Shown here: positions 8,970-17,429 of the stretch, piece by piece
Numbering within the stretch: the stretch's first letter is position 1
How the letters are laid out: each line of letters opens with the position of its first letter
Virus record (IMG/VR): IMGVR_UViG_3300032282_002104
Location: 1 to 62,860 of that record
Strand: one strand, 5' to 3'
Source: a virus
Taxonomy: Duplodnaviria; Caudoviricetes
Length of the DNA stretch: 62,860 nucleotides
Notes under the pieces: generated by a model
What the model was told of the DNA's origin: nothing
Seen by the model: the letters and a program-made list of their open reading frames with translations, nothing else
Databases searched by the model: none
Position numbers and translations under genes: made by a program

Positions 8970-9820
8970 TATTTTTTAAACAGTAATTTAAAATGTGACC
9001 AGTAAGGATTGTTTGTTATATGCATGCCACCTTTGATTACTCTATCTGGATGCATGTTAGGTTTTAATTTGGGTAACTGAGTCCAGTGCAAGCTAGGAGT
9101 ATTATGATGTTCCTGGTGATAACCGGCGCCAAATCCTATAATGTTATACCAGCAACTATAAATTCCTATGCTATCCTGAGTTGTGTCACCTCTGCGATCT
9201 AATACTGTCCAGTGTTCTCCATAGCTGGTCGCATTGTTTAAAAAATGAGACATGAAATATACTAATGCCATGTAAATTCCATATCTAAAATCTAATACAA
9301 ATATACTTAAAAGATATAAATTAAAAGCCCATTGTTCACAAATGATTTTAGTTTTATTAACAGGTTTAGAATAATTAGGTATTTTTAACATACCAACAAA
9401 ACTATCCAGAGTTATTCTAATACAATAACTCCAAAAGTTTTCTATCTCTCCGTTTTTGCCATGTAAAAAAACTGACATAGGATCTTTAGTTGCACCGTCT
9501 ACAGGTTTGTCGTTTACATATATGTGATGTTTTAAATGACAGTATTTCCAAGCCTGATGTGGTATACTACCAATCATACTTAACCATATTTCATATATGA
9601 TGTTTGTAGTTTTGTTATTAAAAGTAGGCCAATGACTGTGATGGTGTAAAGGGCCGTTTAATAAATTTGTAATTAGCCAACCATGTACAGGTAAAAATAT
9701 TGCTAATATCCAAAAATTAATACCGAACCCTATTAGTAAAAATGGCAAACCAGCCATTAAAATGGTATAAAGTATTAGATATAAATCTTTCCAATTATAT
9801 TTGAATAAAGGCTTAGTCAT
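8969..9820 (-). CDS. Membrane fatty acid desaturase family protein
   Basis: Three His boxes (HHHSH, HLKHH, HQEHH) and several transmembrane segments; ATG 9820 lies 5 nt after TAAATA. Confidence 0.85.
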   Translation of the reverse strand: MTKPLFKYNWKDLYLILYTILMAGLPFLLIGFGINFWILAIFLPVHGWLITNLLNGPLHHHSHWPTFNNKTTNIIYEIWLSMIGSIPHQAWKYCHLKHHIYVNDKPVDGATKDPMSVFLHGKNGEIENFWSYCIRITLDSFVGMLKIPNYSKPVNKTKIICEQWAFNLYLLSIFVLDFRYGIYMALVYFMSHFLNNATSYGEHWTVLDRRGDTTQDSIGIYSCWYNIIGFGAGYHQEHHNTPSLHWTQLPKLKPNMHPDRVIKGGMHITNNPYWSHFKLLFKK

Positions 9821-9875
9821 GCTTGTATTTATTTTAAGTTTGGTAACCAAAAAATATCAATTACTAAATATTCAG

Positions 9876-10154
9876 ATGTTATACTACTACATTATGGTAG
9901 ATCCAGATAAGCCTAATAAATGTAAATTGGGCATAACTACTGATCCACTGAGCAGAATAAAAGCCTATAAAACGGCTGCACCAAACTGTTATTTTATGGA
10001 AACGTATACTATTCCACACAGAATGCACGAAAAACGGATTCTAGCGGTAGTTAAAAAGGTAGCTAAAGTTCAGAGTGAGTATGTGCATTGTACTCCACAT
10101 TTAATCAAAAATATAGTTGAAAGTTACTTTTTAGATAACGACATAAAATACTAA
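9876..10154 (+). CDS. GIY-YIG-related (T5orf172/MUG113-like) small protein
   Basis: YYYIM...KLGIT.D...RIKAY.T..P...E pattern; ATG 9876 lies 5 nt after TAAATA. Confidence 0.6.
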   Translation: MLYYYIMVDPDKPNKCKLGITTDPLSRIKAYKTAAPNCYFMETYTIPHRMHEKRILAVVKKVAKVQSEYVHCTPHLIKNIVESYFLDNDIKY

Positions 10155-10176
10155 ATTTTTACTGTAAAATATACAC

Positions 10177-10184
10177 TATAAATA
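10177..10184 (+). promoter_or_regulatory. T4-type late promoter TATAAATA
   Basis: Perfect consensus, intergenic. Confidence 0.75.
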
Positions 10185-10257
10185 TTCATGCTCGTGTAGC
10201 AATCTTGTCCTGCATAGGGCGGGACTTGAACGACACACACATACACAGGAGAAAAAC

Positions 10258-10485
10258 ATGAGCAAAACACCTTACGAGATCCGTCTCGAACTTTTAACTT
10301 TGGCTAAAGAAATTCTTCAAGCGCCAATCTACGAAAAACGCAGTCAACTCAGCGACGAATATCATTCTAAGCTAACTGATGCTAACCGCGAAACTTTACC
10401 GTTCCCAACCGTACCTGATTTTCCGTCAACAACGGACATAATTAGCAAGGCTGAAGAACTTAATAAGTTTGTAAGCGGAAATTAA
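10258..10485 (+). CDS. Phage hypothetical protein (75 aa, PYEIRLELL motif)
   Basis: CAGGAG SD, own promoter and terminator. Confidence 0.75.
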   Translation: MSKTPYEIRLELLTLAKEILQAPIYEKRSQLSDEYHSKLTDANRETLPFPTVPDFPSTTDIISKAEELNKFVSGN

Positions 10486-10489
10486 GAAG

Positions 10490-10509
10490 AAGCCCCGCAA
10501 GGGGCTTTT
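10490..10509. terminator. Intrinsic terminator between convergent genes
   Basis: aagcccc-gcaa-ggggctttt, GNRA loop. Confidence 0.85.
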
Positions 10510-11365
10510 AAGTGAGCCTTAGGGCTTTCATGTTTTTAGCCGTAGTATCAGGATGTATGTCACCAGTTAAACTAGAACTGTATCTAGGATCATTTTTCTG
10601 ACTTGCGTTGGCTATGACGCCAACAGCTTCTTCTGGTGTTTGTACTTTAGCTAGTTGTGTTTGGCGGTGTTTTAACCCTGCCATATTAGGATTAATTCCT
10701 TTGGTTACTTGTTTTACTGTAGCCTTTTCAAAATCTTTAACTTTAGGTGCTACTCTGTTTTTCCAGAACCATTCTGCTACTTTAGCTGCAATTTCTGGTT
10801 GTGCTGCCAAATCTGGATTGTTCGCTAAATCTACGCCTATGGCCCTGCCTACTCTGGTATAATTATCCCGTCCAGTTAACTGTATGTAACCTCTGCCTTT
10901 AAATCGTTCACCATCACCTTTAACTTTATTGCCTAATATCTTAGCTTTGTTTTTGTTTTTTTCGTAACGATTTTTAAAATATTCTGGTGTTCCTCGTTCT
11001 ATCATACTAGTAAAGTTACGAGTTTCATGAGACATTTGTGATATAAAATGTTGTAATTCTGCACCTGACATACCAGCGTTAGTAGCGTGTTGAACCAGAT
11101 AAGTTTTTAATTCTTCAGGAGTACTTGGAGTGCGTACTTGTTGTGTTGGTTGTTGCACCTGAGGTTGGGCTTGTGATTGGGCTTGTGGTTGAACTTTTTG
11201 TATGCTTTGTGTAGGTTGTACGCCAGGAGTTATATCATAAGAAATATCTTTGTTCTTAGAACCAAATCCTCCCATAGCTAGACCACCTGCAACACCTAAT
11301 GCAGCTAGACCACTTTTCCAACCTTCGTCTAGGTCAGCTTCTGTAATAAATTCTGAAGCTCTCAT
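10508..11365 (-). CDS. Second GH19 muramidase with N-terminal hydrophobic segment and Gln/Pro linker
   Basis: FISQMSHET, FKGRGYIQLTGRDNY, AEWFW motifs; N-terminus MRASEFITE...LAALGVAGGLAMGG. Confidence 0.85.
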   Translation of the reverse strand: MRASEFITEADLDEGWKSGLAALGVAGGLAMGGFGSKNKDISYDITPGVQPTQSIQKVQPQAQSQAQPQVQQPTQQVRTPSTPEELKTYLVQHATNAGMSGAELQHFISQMSHETRNFTSMIERGTPEYFKNRYEKNKNKAKILGNKVKGDGERFKGRGYIQLTGRDNYTRVGRAIGVDLANNPDLAAQPEIAAKVAEWFWKNRVAPKVKDFEKATVKQVTKGINPNMAGLKHRQTQLAKVQTPEEAVGVIANASQKNDPRYSSSLTGDIHPDTTAKNMKALRLT

Positions 11366-11415
11366 TTTTTAGGGTGTCTACCGCCACACTTTGGGCATTC
11401 GTCTTCTAGGTACAT
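11362..11415 (-). CDS. Candidate micro-ORF MYLEDECPKCGGRHPKK (17 aa)
   Basis: GGAG SD, TATAAATA upstream, TGA overlaps the ATG of the GH19 gene (ATGA). Confidence 0.5.
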   Translation of the reverse strand: MYLEDECPKCGGRHPKK

Positions 11416-11431
11416 TTTAATCTCCATGTAT

Positions 11432-11439
11432 TATTTATA
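11432..11439 (-). promoter_or_regulatory. T4-type late promoter TATAAATA
   Basis: Perfect consensus just downstream of the capsid terminator. Confidence 0.75.
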
Positions 11440-11445
11440 GTCAAC

Positions 11446-11469
11446 AAAAAACCCCTTGCGGGGTTTTTT
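11446..11469 (-). terminator. Intrinsic terminator of the major capsid gene
   Basis: aaaaaacccc-ttgc-ggggtttttt (GCAA loop on the minus strand). Confidence 0.9.
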
Positions 11470-11500
11470 GACCTTCCCATCCCTGGGTAATATTCTCGGA

Positions 11501-12679
11501 TTAAGAGAATGCTAGGTTTTGTACGTCGATCTCACCAACATAATCTCCAGCATTACCAAGAGATGATGATGTGTTAGTTAGCTCAATGTAACCATATCTG
11601 GTCATAAAGCCAACTACTGGTTCGAAGGTGCTTGGATCTAGAACAACACCGCTGCTCATCAATGGAACGTATGGGCAGTAGAATGCTGCTGCATCTGCTT
11701 CGCTTGAACCTTTGTAACCAACTAGTACTGCTTTGTCGTCGGCAGCATAGCTGTCAACGTATACACGCATAGCACCGTTTAGTGTACCAACAAACTTGGT
11801 GTTTGTTGGAGCCTCGAAAGTACCTTCAGTGGTACGAGCGAATGCTGAGGTGGTTGCGCTCTGCAGAACAGTTAATGCAGCTGAGCTAACAACAGCCCAG
11901 TTACCAGCGCCACGACGTGTACGCTGAGCAATCTTGTTTGCAGTACGGTTGATTAGAACTGCCAAAGCGGCATGCTCGTCACCAACGAATGTAGCGGTAC
12001 CAGAAACTGATGATTGGTCGTAGGTGAACTCGGTTGCTGCTAGACTACGCAAGCTACCTAGAACTTCCTGATCGATTTCAGCGGTAATTTCTTGTGCCAA
12101 TGCTGCCATGATTTCGGCTTCAACATCAAGGCCGTGCATAGCTTGTGCATCCTGAGCAGCTTCGAATGTCCAGCGAGCTGATAGCTTGCGGGTCTTAGCT
12201 TCTACAACTTGCTTTAGGATTTGCACGTTGATCTTACGACCTGGTGAACCTTCTAAAGCGGCTGTGCTATTAGCACGAGCAGTTGTGCTATCGCCAGAAT
12301 AAGCAGTAGCAATTTTGAATGGGCTTAGTGCTTCTTCACCGGCTGTTACGTCGGTGTCGTATGCACTGGTATCATTCAATGTTTCTGCATAACGAACACG
12401 CAGAGTGTGGATCTGTGCAACAGGTCCGGTCATTGGCTGAACGCCAACGATCTCGTTAGCAATTACTGTTGGCATTACACGACGGATTACTGGAAGAATA
12501 ACGCGATTTAAGCTAGCAACGTTTCCTGCGGAAGTTGCGCCAGCTGATGCGGTTTCTACCAAGTGTCTTTTGGTGTTTTCCAAAATAATTGCCATTGTTG
12601 TGCGACGTGAACCATTAAGACCTTCTAACAGGGCTTCCTTGGTTTCGCCCCAACGGCTTTCAAGTAGTTGTTGTGTCAT
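11501..12679 (-). CDS. gp23: Major capsid protein (T4 gp23 family)
   Basis: RRVMP..IA.EIVGVQPMTGP, AKTRKLSARWTFEAAQD, YCPYVPL and GFMTRYG motifs. Confidence 0.97.
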   Translation of the reverse strand: MTQQLLESRWGETKEALLEGLNGSRRTTMAIILENTKRHLVETASAGATSAGNVASLNRVILPVIRRVMPTVIANEIVGVQPMTGPVAQIHTLRVRYAETLNDTSAYDTDVTAGEEALSPFKIATAYSGDSTTARANSTAALEGSPGRKINVQILKQVVEAKTRKLSARWTFEAAQDAQAMHGLDVEAEIMAALAQEITAEIDQEVLGSLRSLAATEFTYDQSSVSGTATFVGDEHAALAVLINRTANKIAQRTRRGAGNWAVVSSAALTVLQSATTSAFARTTEGTFEAPTNTKFVGTLNGAMRVYVDSYAADDKAVLVGYKGSSEADAAAFYCPYVPLMSSGVVLDPSTFEPVVGFMTRYGYIELTNTSSSLGNAGDYVGEIDVQNLAFS

Positions 12680-12703
12680 TTTTTTACTATCTCCTTAGTT
12701 TTA

Positions 12704-13804
12704 TTACTTAAGCCCTGCTAGACGTTTGATGTCCACGACATTATTGTCATTTGTCTCAACCGCGGTTGCAGTTTTATCACCGGTGCGTTCAACTCTGCTC
12801 TCTGCTAGTACAGATTTGCCTGTGGCAACCTGACTTGGCTTGGCATTGTTCAACACGGCTGGTAGATACTTGTCAAATGCAGACTTTAGCTTAGGTGTCT
12901 GCACGTTCTCTAAAAGCTCACGCATTAGATTAGCTTTGTCCTTGGTTAGTGTGGTGCAAAGTTCATCCACAGTCTTTTGACGAGTTACATTTTCAGTAAT
13001 CATCTTAATTTCTGTATCTTTGCTTTCTACTAACTTAGATTTTTCAACTGCTTCTGCTTTAGCTTCTGCAATTACTTGTTCCTTAGCTTCTAATACTGAG
13101 CGCAATTTCTTGATCTCTGCATTTTCGTTAAGGTGTGTGATTGCAAACTCTGAAGCAAATGCTTCGAAAATTCTACGGCCAAACATATTCTCACGAGCTT
13201 CTTTGATGTCAGTTTTGAACTGTTTGAGTTCAGCTTTGAGGTTTGTGGCTACTGATTCCTTAATCATTGCAGCACTACGTTTGATCATGTTCTTCTGAAC
13301 ACTCTCTAGTGTAGTTTTTGCATTGGCAAGCAGTTTAACTTTAGTCTCAGCCAATTCTTTCTTGTCCTGACCAAAGTCCTTGATTTCCTCAGCCAGTTGA
13401 CGAATAACAAACTTGTTCAATTTTTCAATTGCTTCTGTTTGTGTCTTACGATCTGATCTGAGTTCAACAATTTCTTCTGCTAGCTTGTTTGTTAGGAACT
13501 GGTTAAACTTGCGGCCGGTTTCTGAAACATGTTGTTTAAATGCAACACGGTCTTCAGATAGCTTACGCTTTTCTTCCGCAAATTCTACTAGTTCTGTCTT
13601 AAGGCTTTCAGTGACCATTTTGTCCAAAGCTTCAACCATTACAGATTTATCATGTTCATAACGGCGAGCAAACTCTTCACGCAATTCAGCTTTCGCTGCA
13701 TCACGAGCTTCACTTAGCTTAACATCCCAGGCTTCCTGGATTGCACGCTTAGTGTCTTCGTTCACAATACCGCTATCGATTAATGGCTTGATAGCTTCTA
13801 ACAT
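12704..13804 (-). CDS. gp22: Prohead core scaffolding protein (gp22-like)
   Basis: Coiled-coil protein between gp21 and gp23, many (L/I/V)xE sites. Confidence 0.8.
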   Translation of the reverse strand: MLEAIKPLIDSGIVNEDTKRAIQEAWDVKLSEARDAAKAELREEFARRYEHDKSVMVEALDKMVTESLKTELVEFAEEKRKLSEDRVAFKQHVSETGRKFNQFLTNKLAEEIVELRSDRKTQTEAIEKLNKFVIRQLAEEIKDFGQDKKELAETKVKLLANAKTTLESVQKNMIKRSAAMIKESVATNLKAELKQFKTDIKEARENMFGRRIFEAFASEFAITHLNENAEIKKLRSVLEAKEQVIAEAKAEAVEKSKLVESKDTEIKMITENVTRQKTVDELCTTLTKDKANLMRELLENVQTPKLKSAFDKYLPAVLNNAKPSQVATGKSVLAESRVERTGDKTATAVETNDNNVVDIKRLAGLK

Positions 13805-13816
13805 TAAATGTTCTCC

Positions 13817-14455
13817 TTAAATTTTTAGATCTTTGATAAGTCTCAACACTGAGTCTTGCAAATATCTCTGTACCTTTGAATCGACGCTGGCTTGTCCGGA
13901 TTTCTCCTTTAAAACCTCGAGTACTCTGTGTCCGTTCTTCATGTTCAAAAGCCCTTCATATATTGGCTTAGGAAATGCATTAGGGGCACTAGGTTGCGCC
14001 ACTACATCTACCGTAATAATCTCAAAATCTGAAACTTCACCGGTTCCTTCATTTACATTACCGGATCCTCTGGAACTAACACCTAACTTCACACCACCTT
14101 GAAGCATGGTCTGAACTAAATTACCCATAGGAGTTTTTAAAATTTTAAGTTTACCAAAACCGTTAGGACCGTCCATCCACATGTTATCAATCATGAGACA
14201 AACACGATCCAGGTTAATTTTTAGATCATCAGGATGGTCAACTTCACCTAAAACTGAATATCCTTTTTTGATCTGTTCGTTAATAGCATCGACTGCGATT
14301 TTTATCTGAACTACAGGATATACTCGATCGTTTTGATTACGAACGCCACCCTGAATACAGATGCCCTTTAAATAAAGATCCTTTCCTTCGCCAGTGCTCT
14401 CAGTTACGATCTGAGCCTGGTCAAAGGAAAGGGATTCTCTCAGTAATACAGTCAT
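13817..14455 (-). CDS. gp21: Prohead protease (T4 gp21 family)
   Basis: NQNDRVYP, LGEVDHP, LGVSSRGSG and DVVAQPSAPNA motifs. Confidence 0.96.
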   Translation of the reverse strand: MTVLLRESLSFDQAQIVTESTGEGKDLYLKGICIQGGVRNQNDRVYPVVQIKIAVDAINEQIKKGYSVLGEVDHPDDLKINLDRVCLMIDNMWMDGPNGFGKLKILKTPMGNLVQTMLQGGVKLGVSSRGSGNVNEGTGEVSDFEIITVDVVAQPSAPNAFPKPIYEGLLNMKNGHRVLEVLKEKSGQASVDSKVQRYLQDSVLRLIKDLKI

Positions 14456-14463
14456 GCTACTGA

Positions 14464-15291
14464 TTAGGACTCTATGCTACGCTTGTTAACACCGCTTGGC
14501 TCGGATGTTGTTGGCTTGCTAGCACTTACTGGGCTACCTGCCTTACCACCTGGGACATTGCGGTTGCCAGAACTGATAACTTGTGCCTTGTCTGCGCTAG
14601 CAGGGCGTGTGCCATCTTGATTCTGATTTCCACCTTTGCTTGAAACAGCCTTGCCACCCATGTCGTTCTTACCAGCTACTGGTGATTTGGTGTTTTTCTC
14701 GCCTTGGTTTTCACTCTTTGAACCGGTTCCAGCCATCTTACCTGATGGGTTTGACTGTCCAGTATCAGCAACTTTTTCAACGTATTCACGCATCAAAGTG
14801 TTTTCCATTTCCATTTCGTCGCCAGCTTCGTCTCCGAAGTCAGGATCCATGTTACCGTCATTGTGCTCTTCTTCACCAGCTTCGTCAGCCATTAGTGAAT
14901 CAAACTCAGCTTTTAGTTCGTCTAAAGCGTCTTCTAGATCCATAACACGATCTTCTAACTCTTCAGTTTCTTCGCCTTCGGCATCATCCATGTCGTCCAT
15001 GTCGTCCATGTCATCCATGTCATCCATGTCGTCCATGTCGTCCATGTCGTCTTCTTCAGCATTGTCTACGTCAGTCATCATATCGGTGACTTCGTCTTCT
15101 GAAGCTTCTTCAACTGGTGCGTTTTCTTCGTCAGCAGTAATACCGTCTGCTATCTCTTCATGGTCCATGTGCTCCATGCTTTCCCAGATTTCGCGGCTTT
15201 TTGCAACCACGATGTTGTGAAATAATTCTTTTGCTTTTTCAGTATCATCAGAAATGATGTACTCTACTAACTTTTCGTAATTCTTGTCCAT
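14464..15291 (-). CDS. Acidic prohead core protein (gp67/gp68-position)
   Basis: Very D/E-rich, between portal and protease; ATG 15291 follows an AAGGA SD. Confidence 0.65.
   Translation of the reverse strand: MDKNYEKLVEYIISDDTEKAKELFHNIVVAKSREIWESMEHMDHEEIADGITADEENAPVEEASEDEVTDMMTDVDNAEEDDMDDMDDMDDMDDMDDMDDMDDAEGEETEELEDRVMDLEDALDELKAEFDSLMADEAGEEEHNDGNMDPDFGDEAGDEMEMENTLMREYVEKVADTGQSNPSGKMAGTGSKSENQGEKNTKSPVAGKNDMGGKAVSSKGGNQNQDGTRPASADKAQVISSGNRNVPGGKAGSPVSASKPTTSEPSGVNKRSIES
14983..15051 (-). repeat. 9-bp tandem repeat encoding (DDM)x7
   Basis: (tc[a/g]tccatg)n array seen directly. Confidence 0.9.
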
Positions 15292-15389
15292 GTAATATTT
15301 CCTTTCATATAGCATTGACTGTAATGATATTTACAGCGTAGTTAAAAAAACACGCTCAAATGCTATGATTTCAGAGCATTCTGAAAGAA

Positions 15390-15632
15390 TTACATGCCTA
15401 GGCCAGCACCACCTGCGGCAGCAGCAGTACCCATACCATACTGCTTTTGAATGGTTTCCAACTTTTGTTTCATTTCGATCTTGCGCTGATCGTTCATAAG
15501 TCGGAGTTTGTTGATTTGTTCAAGTGTAAGACGAGTTTTGCGTGTGTCAGACATCTTTAACTGACTATTGTCGTTAGCAGCATCATAACGAGCATCAACT
15601 TCAACATTTTCAAAAAGGTCTTGTATGAACAT
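15390..15632 (-). CDS. Small head-module protein (~80 aa)
   Basis: MFIQDLFE...DTRKTRLTLEQINKLR; ATG 15632 follows TAAATA at 15641-15646. The longer track ORF overlaps the portal gene. Confidence 0.7.
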   Translation of the reverse strand: MFIQDLFENVEVDARYDAANDNSQLKMSDTRKTRLTLEQINKLRLMNDQRKIEMKQKLETIQKQYGMGTAAAAGGAGLGM

Positions 15633-15660
15633 AGTATAGTTATTTACACCAAAATGGCAA

Positions 15661-17388
15661 TTATAGGCCTGGTGGTGCTTGTGTGGTTGGTGCTGCGCCT
15701 GGTTGTGGTGCCGTTGGAACTCCACCACCTACAGGAGAACCACCTTCAGGAGCAGCTTCACCCTCTCCAGTTGGTATAGGTGCTAATGCTTCAACATCAC
15801 CCATATCAGATTGAATTCCGCCTGGTGTTATACCAACACTACGCAATCCAACATCACCAGCAGCCATTTCTTCAGAATCGCCTTTTTCTTCAGCCCACAT
15901 ACTGTCGTTTTCTGCCATTTCTTCTTCAGTTAATCCTAGATAACGCTTGAGTAGGAATCGCTTGCTCAGATATGGATATTGTTCTAAGCTGGTAAAGGTA
16001 GTAACACGAGCCTGATCAACTTCAGCTTGTTTATATGAAGCAAAGTTTTGTGGGTCATTAAAACGCAAATCAAATACGCCAGCATCTATGTTAATGCCTC
16101 TCCAACGTATGAACATCTTAAATTCGTCATTTAACTTGTCTACAATCATGTTTTGCAGACGTTTACAATACTGGTTAAAACGCCATTCTTGTATGAGTGC
16201 TGTGCCTACTTTACCATCAGTTACTGACTGTGAACCATCTTCTGGACCAGTTGGTAAGTATGAACTAGGTATACGCAATCCCCTGAACAATTTATTTGTA
16301 AAGTATCTAAGGTCGTCAATCTCACCTAGGTTTTGTCCACCTGGCAATGGCTCAACACTAGAGCCACGACCAGTTTCACCGTTAAAGGGAAAGAAATAGT
16401 CTTCGTTGATGCTAAGTGGATTGTAAGTTGCATCCATCATGTTAGTACCACCACCAGTTTGCGTAGGAATACGACGCTGATGTACTTCGTTCTTAACACG
16501 CTCAACGAAAGCCATGGCTAAATGGCTAGGCATGTTACCGACGTCAATTTTAAACACTCTGCGCTCTGGTGCTCGCTGTATACGATAAATTAAAATAGCA
16601 TCTTCAAGTAATTCTTTTTGCTTGAACACCTTAAAGATTTGTTCTAAAATACTATTACCAAATGGCCAGTTTACATCTAAACCTTCTGTTAGGCTAAGAT
16701 GTAATATGTGTTCAGCACTAATAGCCATTTCATTTTGTGCATGGGTAAAACGACCACCACCTGCATAAGGGGTATTGGGCTGTACATAAGAACCATTTGC
16801 ACCACCAGTTTGTGGATGGTTCATAAAGGTATCTGATGTAGTAACTTGTGTGGCTGTTAAATTTTTAAAGTTAGGGTTAATCTCTTTAAGCACATATTGC
16901 TCAGGCTCTTTGCCCTTGCTTTCATTTACAATAACTTTAGTAACTTTGGACATTTCAACCCAGAACAATTCAAATGTTTCTGGATCTCTGAGAAATACTT
17001 GGTCGCCGTATTTTAGGGTGTTACGAACAAGTTTAAATGCTCGTTTGTCTAATTGGTTAAGTGCTACCCATTGTTGTAATTGTTCTTTAAGGATTTTAAG
17101 TTCACGGTCAGTTGGAACTTCCTTAAACACTAAATCAAATGGTGTTTGATTTTCTATATTAACCTGAGTACAAAACTCTGACAATACATCTAGTGCAGCG
17201 TTTACTTCAGAATCCATGTCCATTTGTTCGTATTGATTGTAACGCTCAACACGATTAGGATGCCCTACATAAATTTCAGGTAGTTGATACTGATAGTTTC
17301 TGAAGCTGAAATCCTGACTCTGAGCACTACTACTAAGTGGGCTCACATTGTTGATTTCAACTACTTTAAAATGTTTTTTCCAGCTCAA
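15661..17388 (-). CDS. gp20: Portal vertex protein (T4 gp20 family)
   Basis: LLEDAILIYRIQRAPERRVFKIDVGNMP, EDYFFP, LPGGQNLGEIDDLRYF and LRIPSSYL motifs. Confidence 0.96.
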   Translation of the reverse strand: MSWKKHFKVVEINNVSPLSSSAQSQDFSFRNYQYQLPEIYVGHPNRVERYNQYEQMDMDSEVNAALDVLSEFCTQVNIENQTPFDLVFKEVPTDRELKILKEQLQQWVALNQLDKRAFKLVRNTLKYGDQVFLRDPETFELFWVEMSKVTKVIVNESKGKEPEQYVLKEINPNFKNLTATQVTTSDTFMNHPQTGGANGSYVQPNTPYAGGGRFTHAQNEMAISAEHILHLSLTEGLDVNWPFGNSILEQIFKVFKQKELLEDAILIYRIQRAPERRVFKIDVGNMPSHLAMAFVERVKNEVHQRRIPTQTGGGTNMMDATYNPLSINEDYFFPFNGETGRGSSVEPLPGGQNLGEIDDLRYFTNKLFRGLRIPSSYLPTGPEDGSQSVTDGKVGTALIQEWRFNQYCKRLQNMIVDKLNDEFKMFIRWRGINIDAGVFDLRFNDPQNFASYKQAEVDQARVTTFTSLEQYPYLSKRFLLKRYLGLTEEEMAENDSMWAEEKGDSEEMAAGDVGLRSVGITPGGIQSDMGDVEALAPIPTGEGEAAPEGGSPVGGGVPTAPQPGAAPTTQAPPGL

Positions 17389-17429
17389 AGTCTTTGTCCT
17401 ATTGTAGGGTATTTAGTGTAGAATCAGGA

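Noticed and set aside
9801-10154. GIY-YIG-like ORF as a mobile homing endonuclease or intron
   Set aside because: Too short to include a DNA-binding domain, freestanding, and no interrupted gene or intron structure is visible.
5459-11490. Shared 12-mer TTACCCAGGGAT at 5459-5470 and, inverted, at 11479-11490
   Set aside because: Only two copies, in opposite orientation relative to their transcripts; compatible with chance, and no recombinase is nearby.
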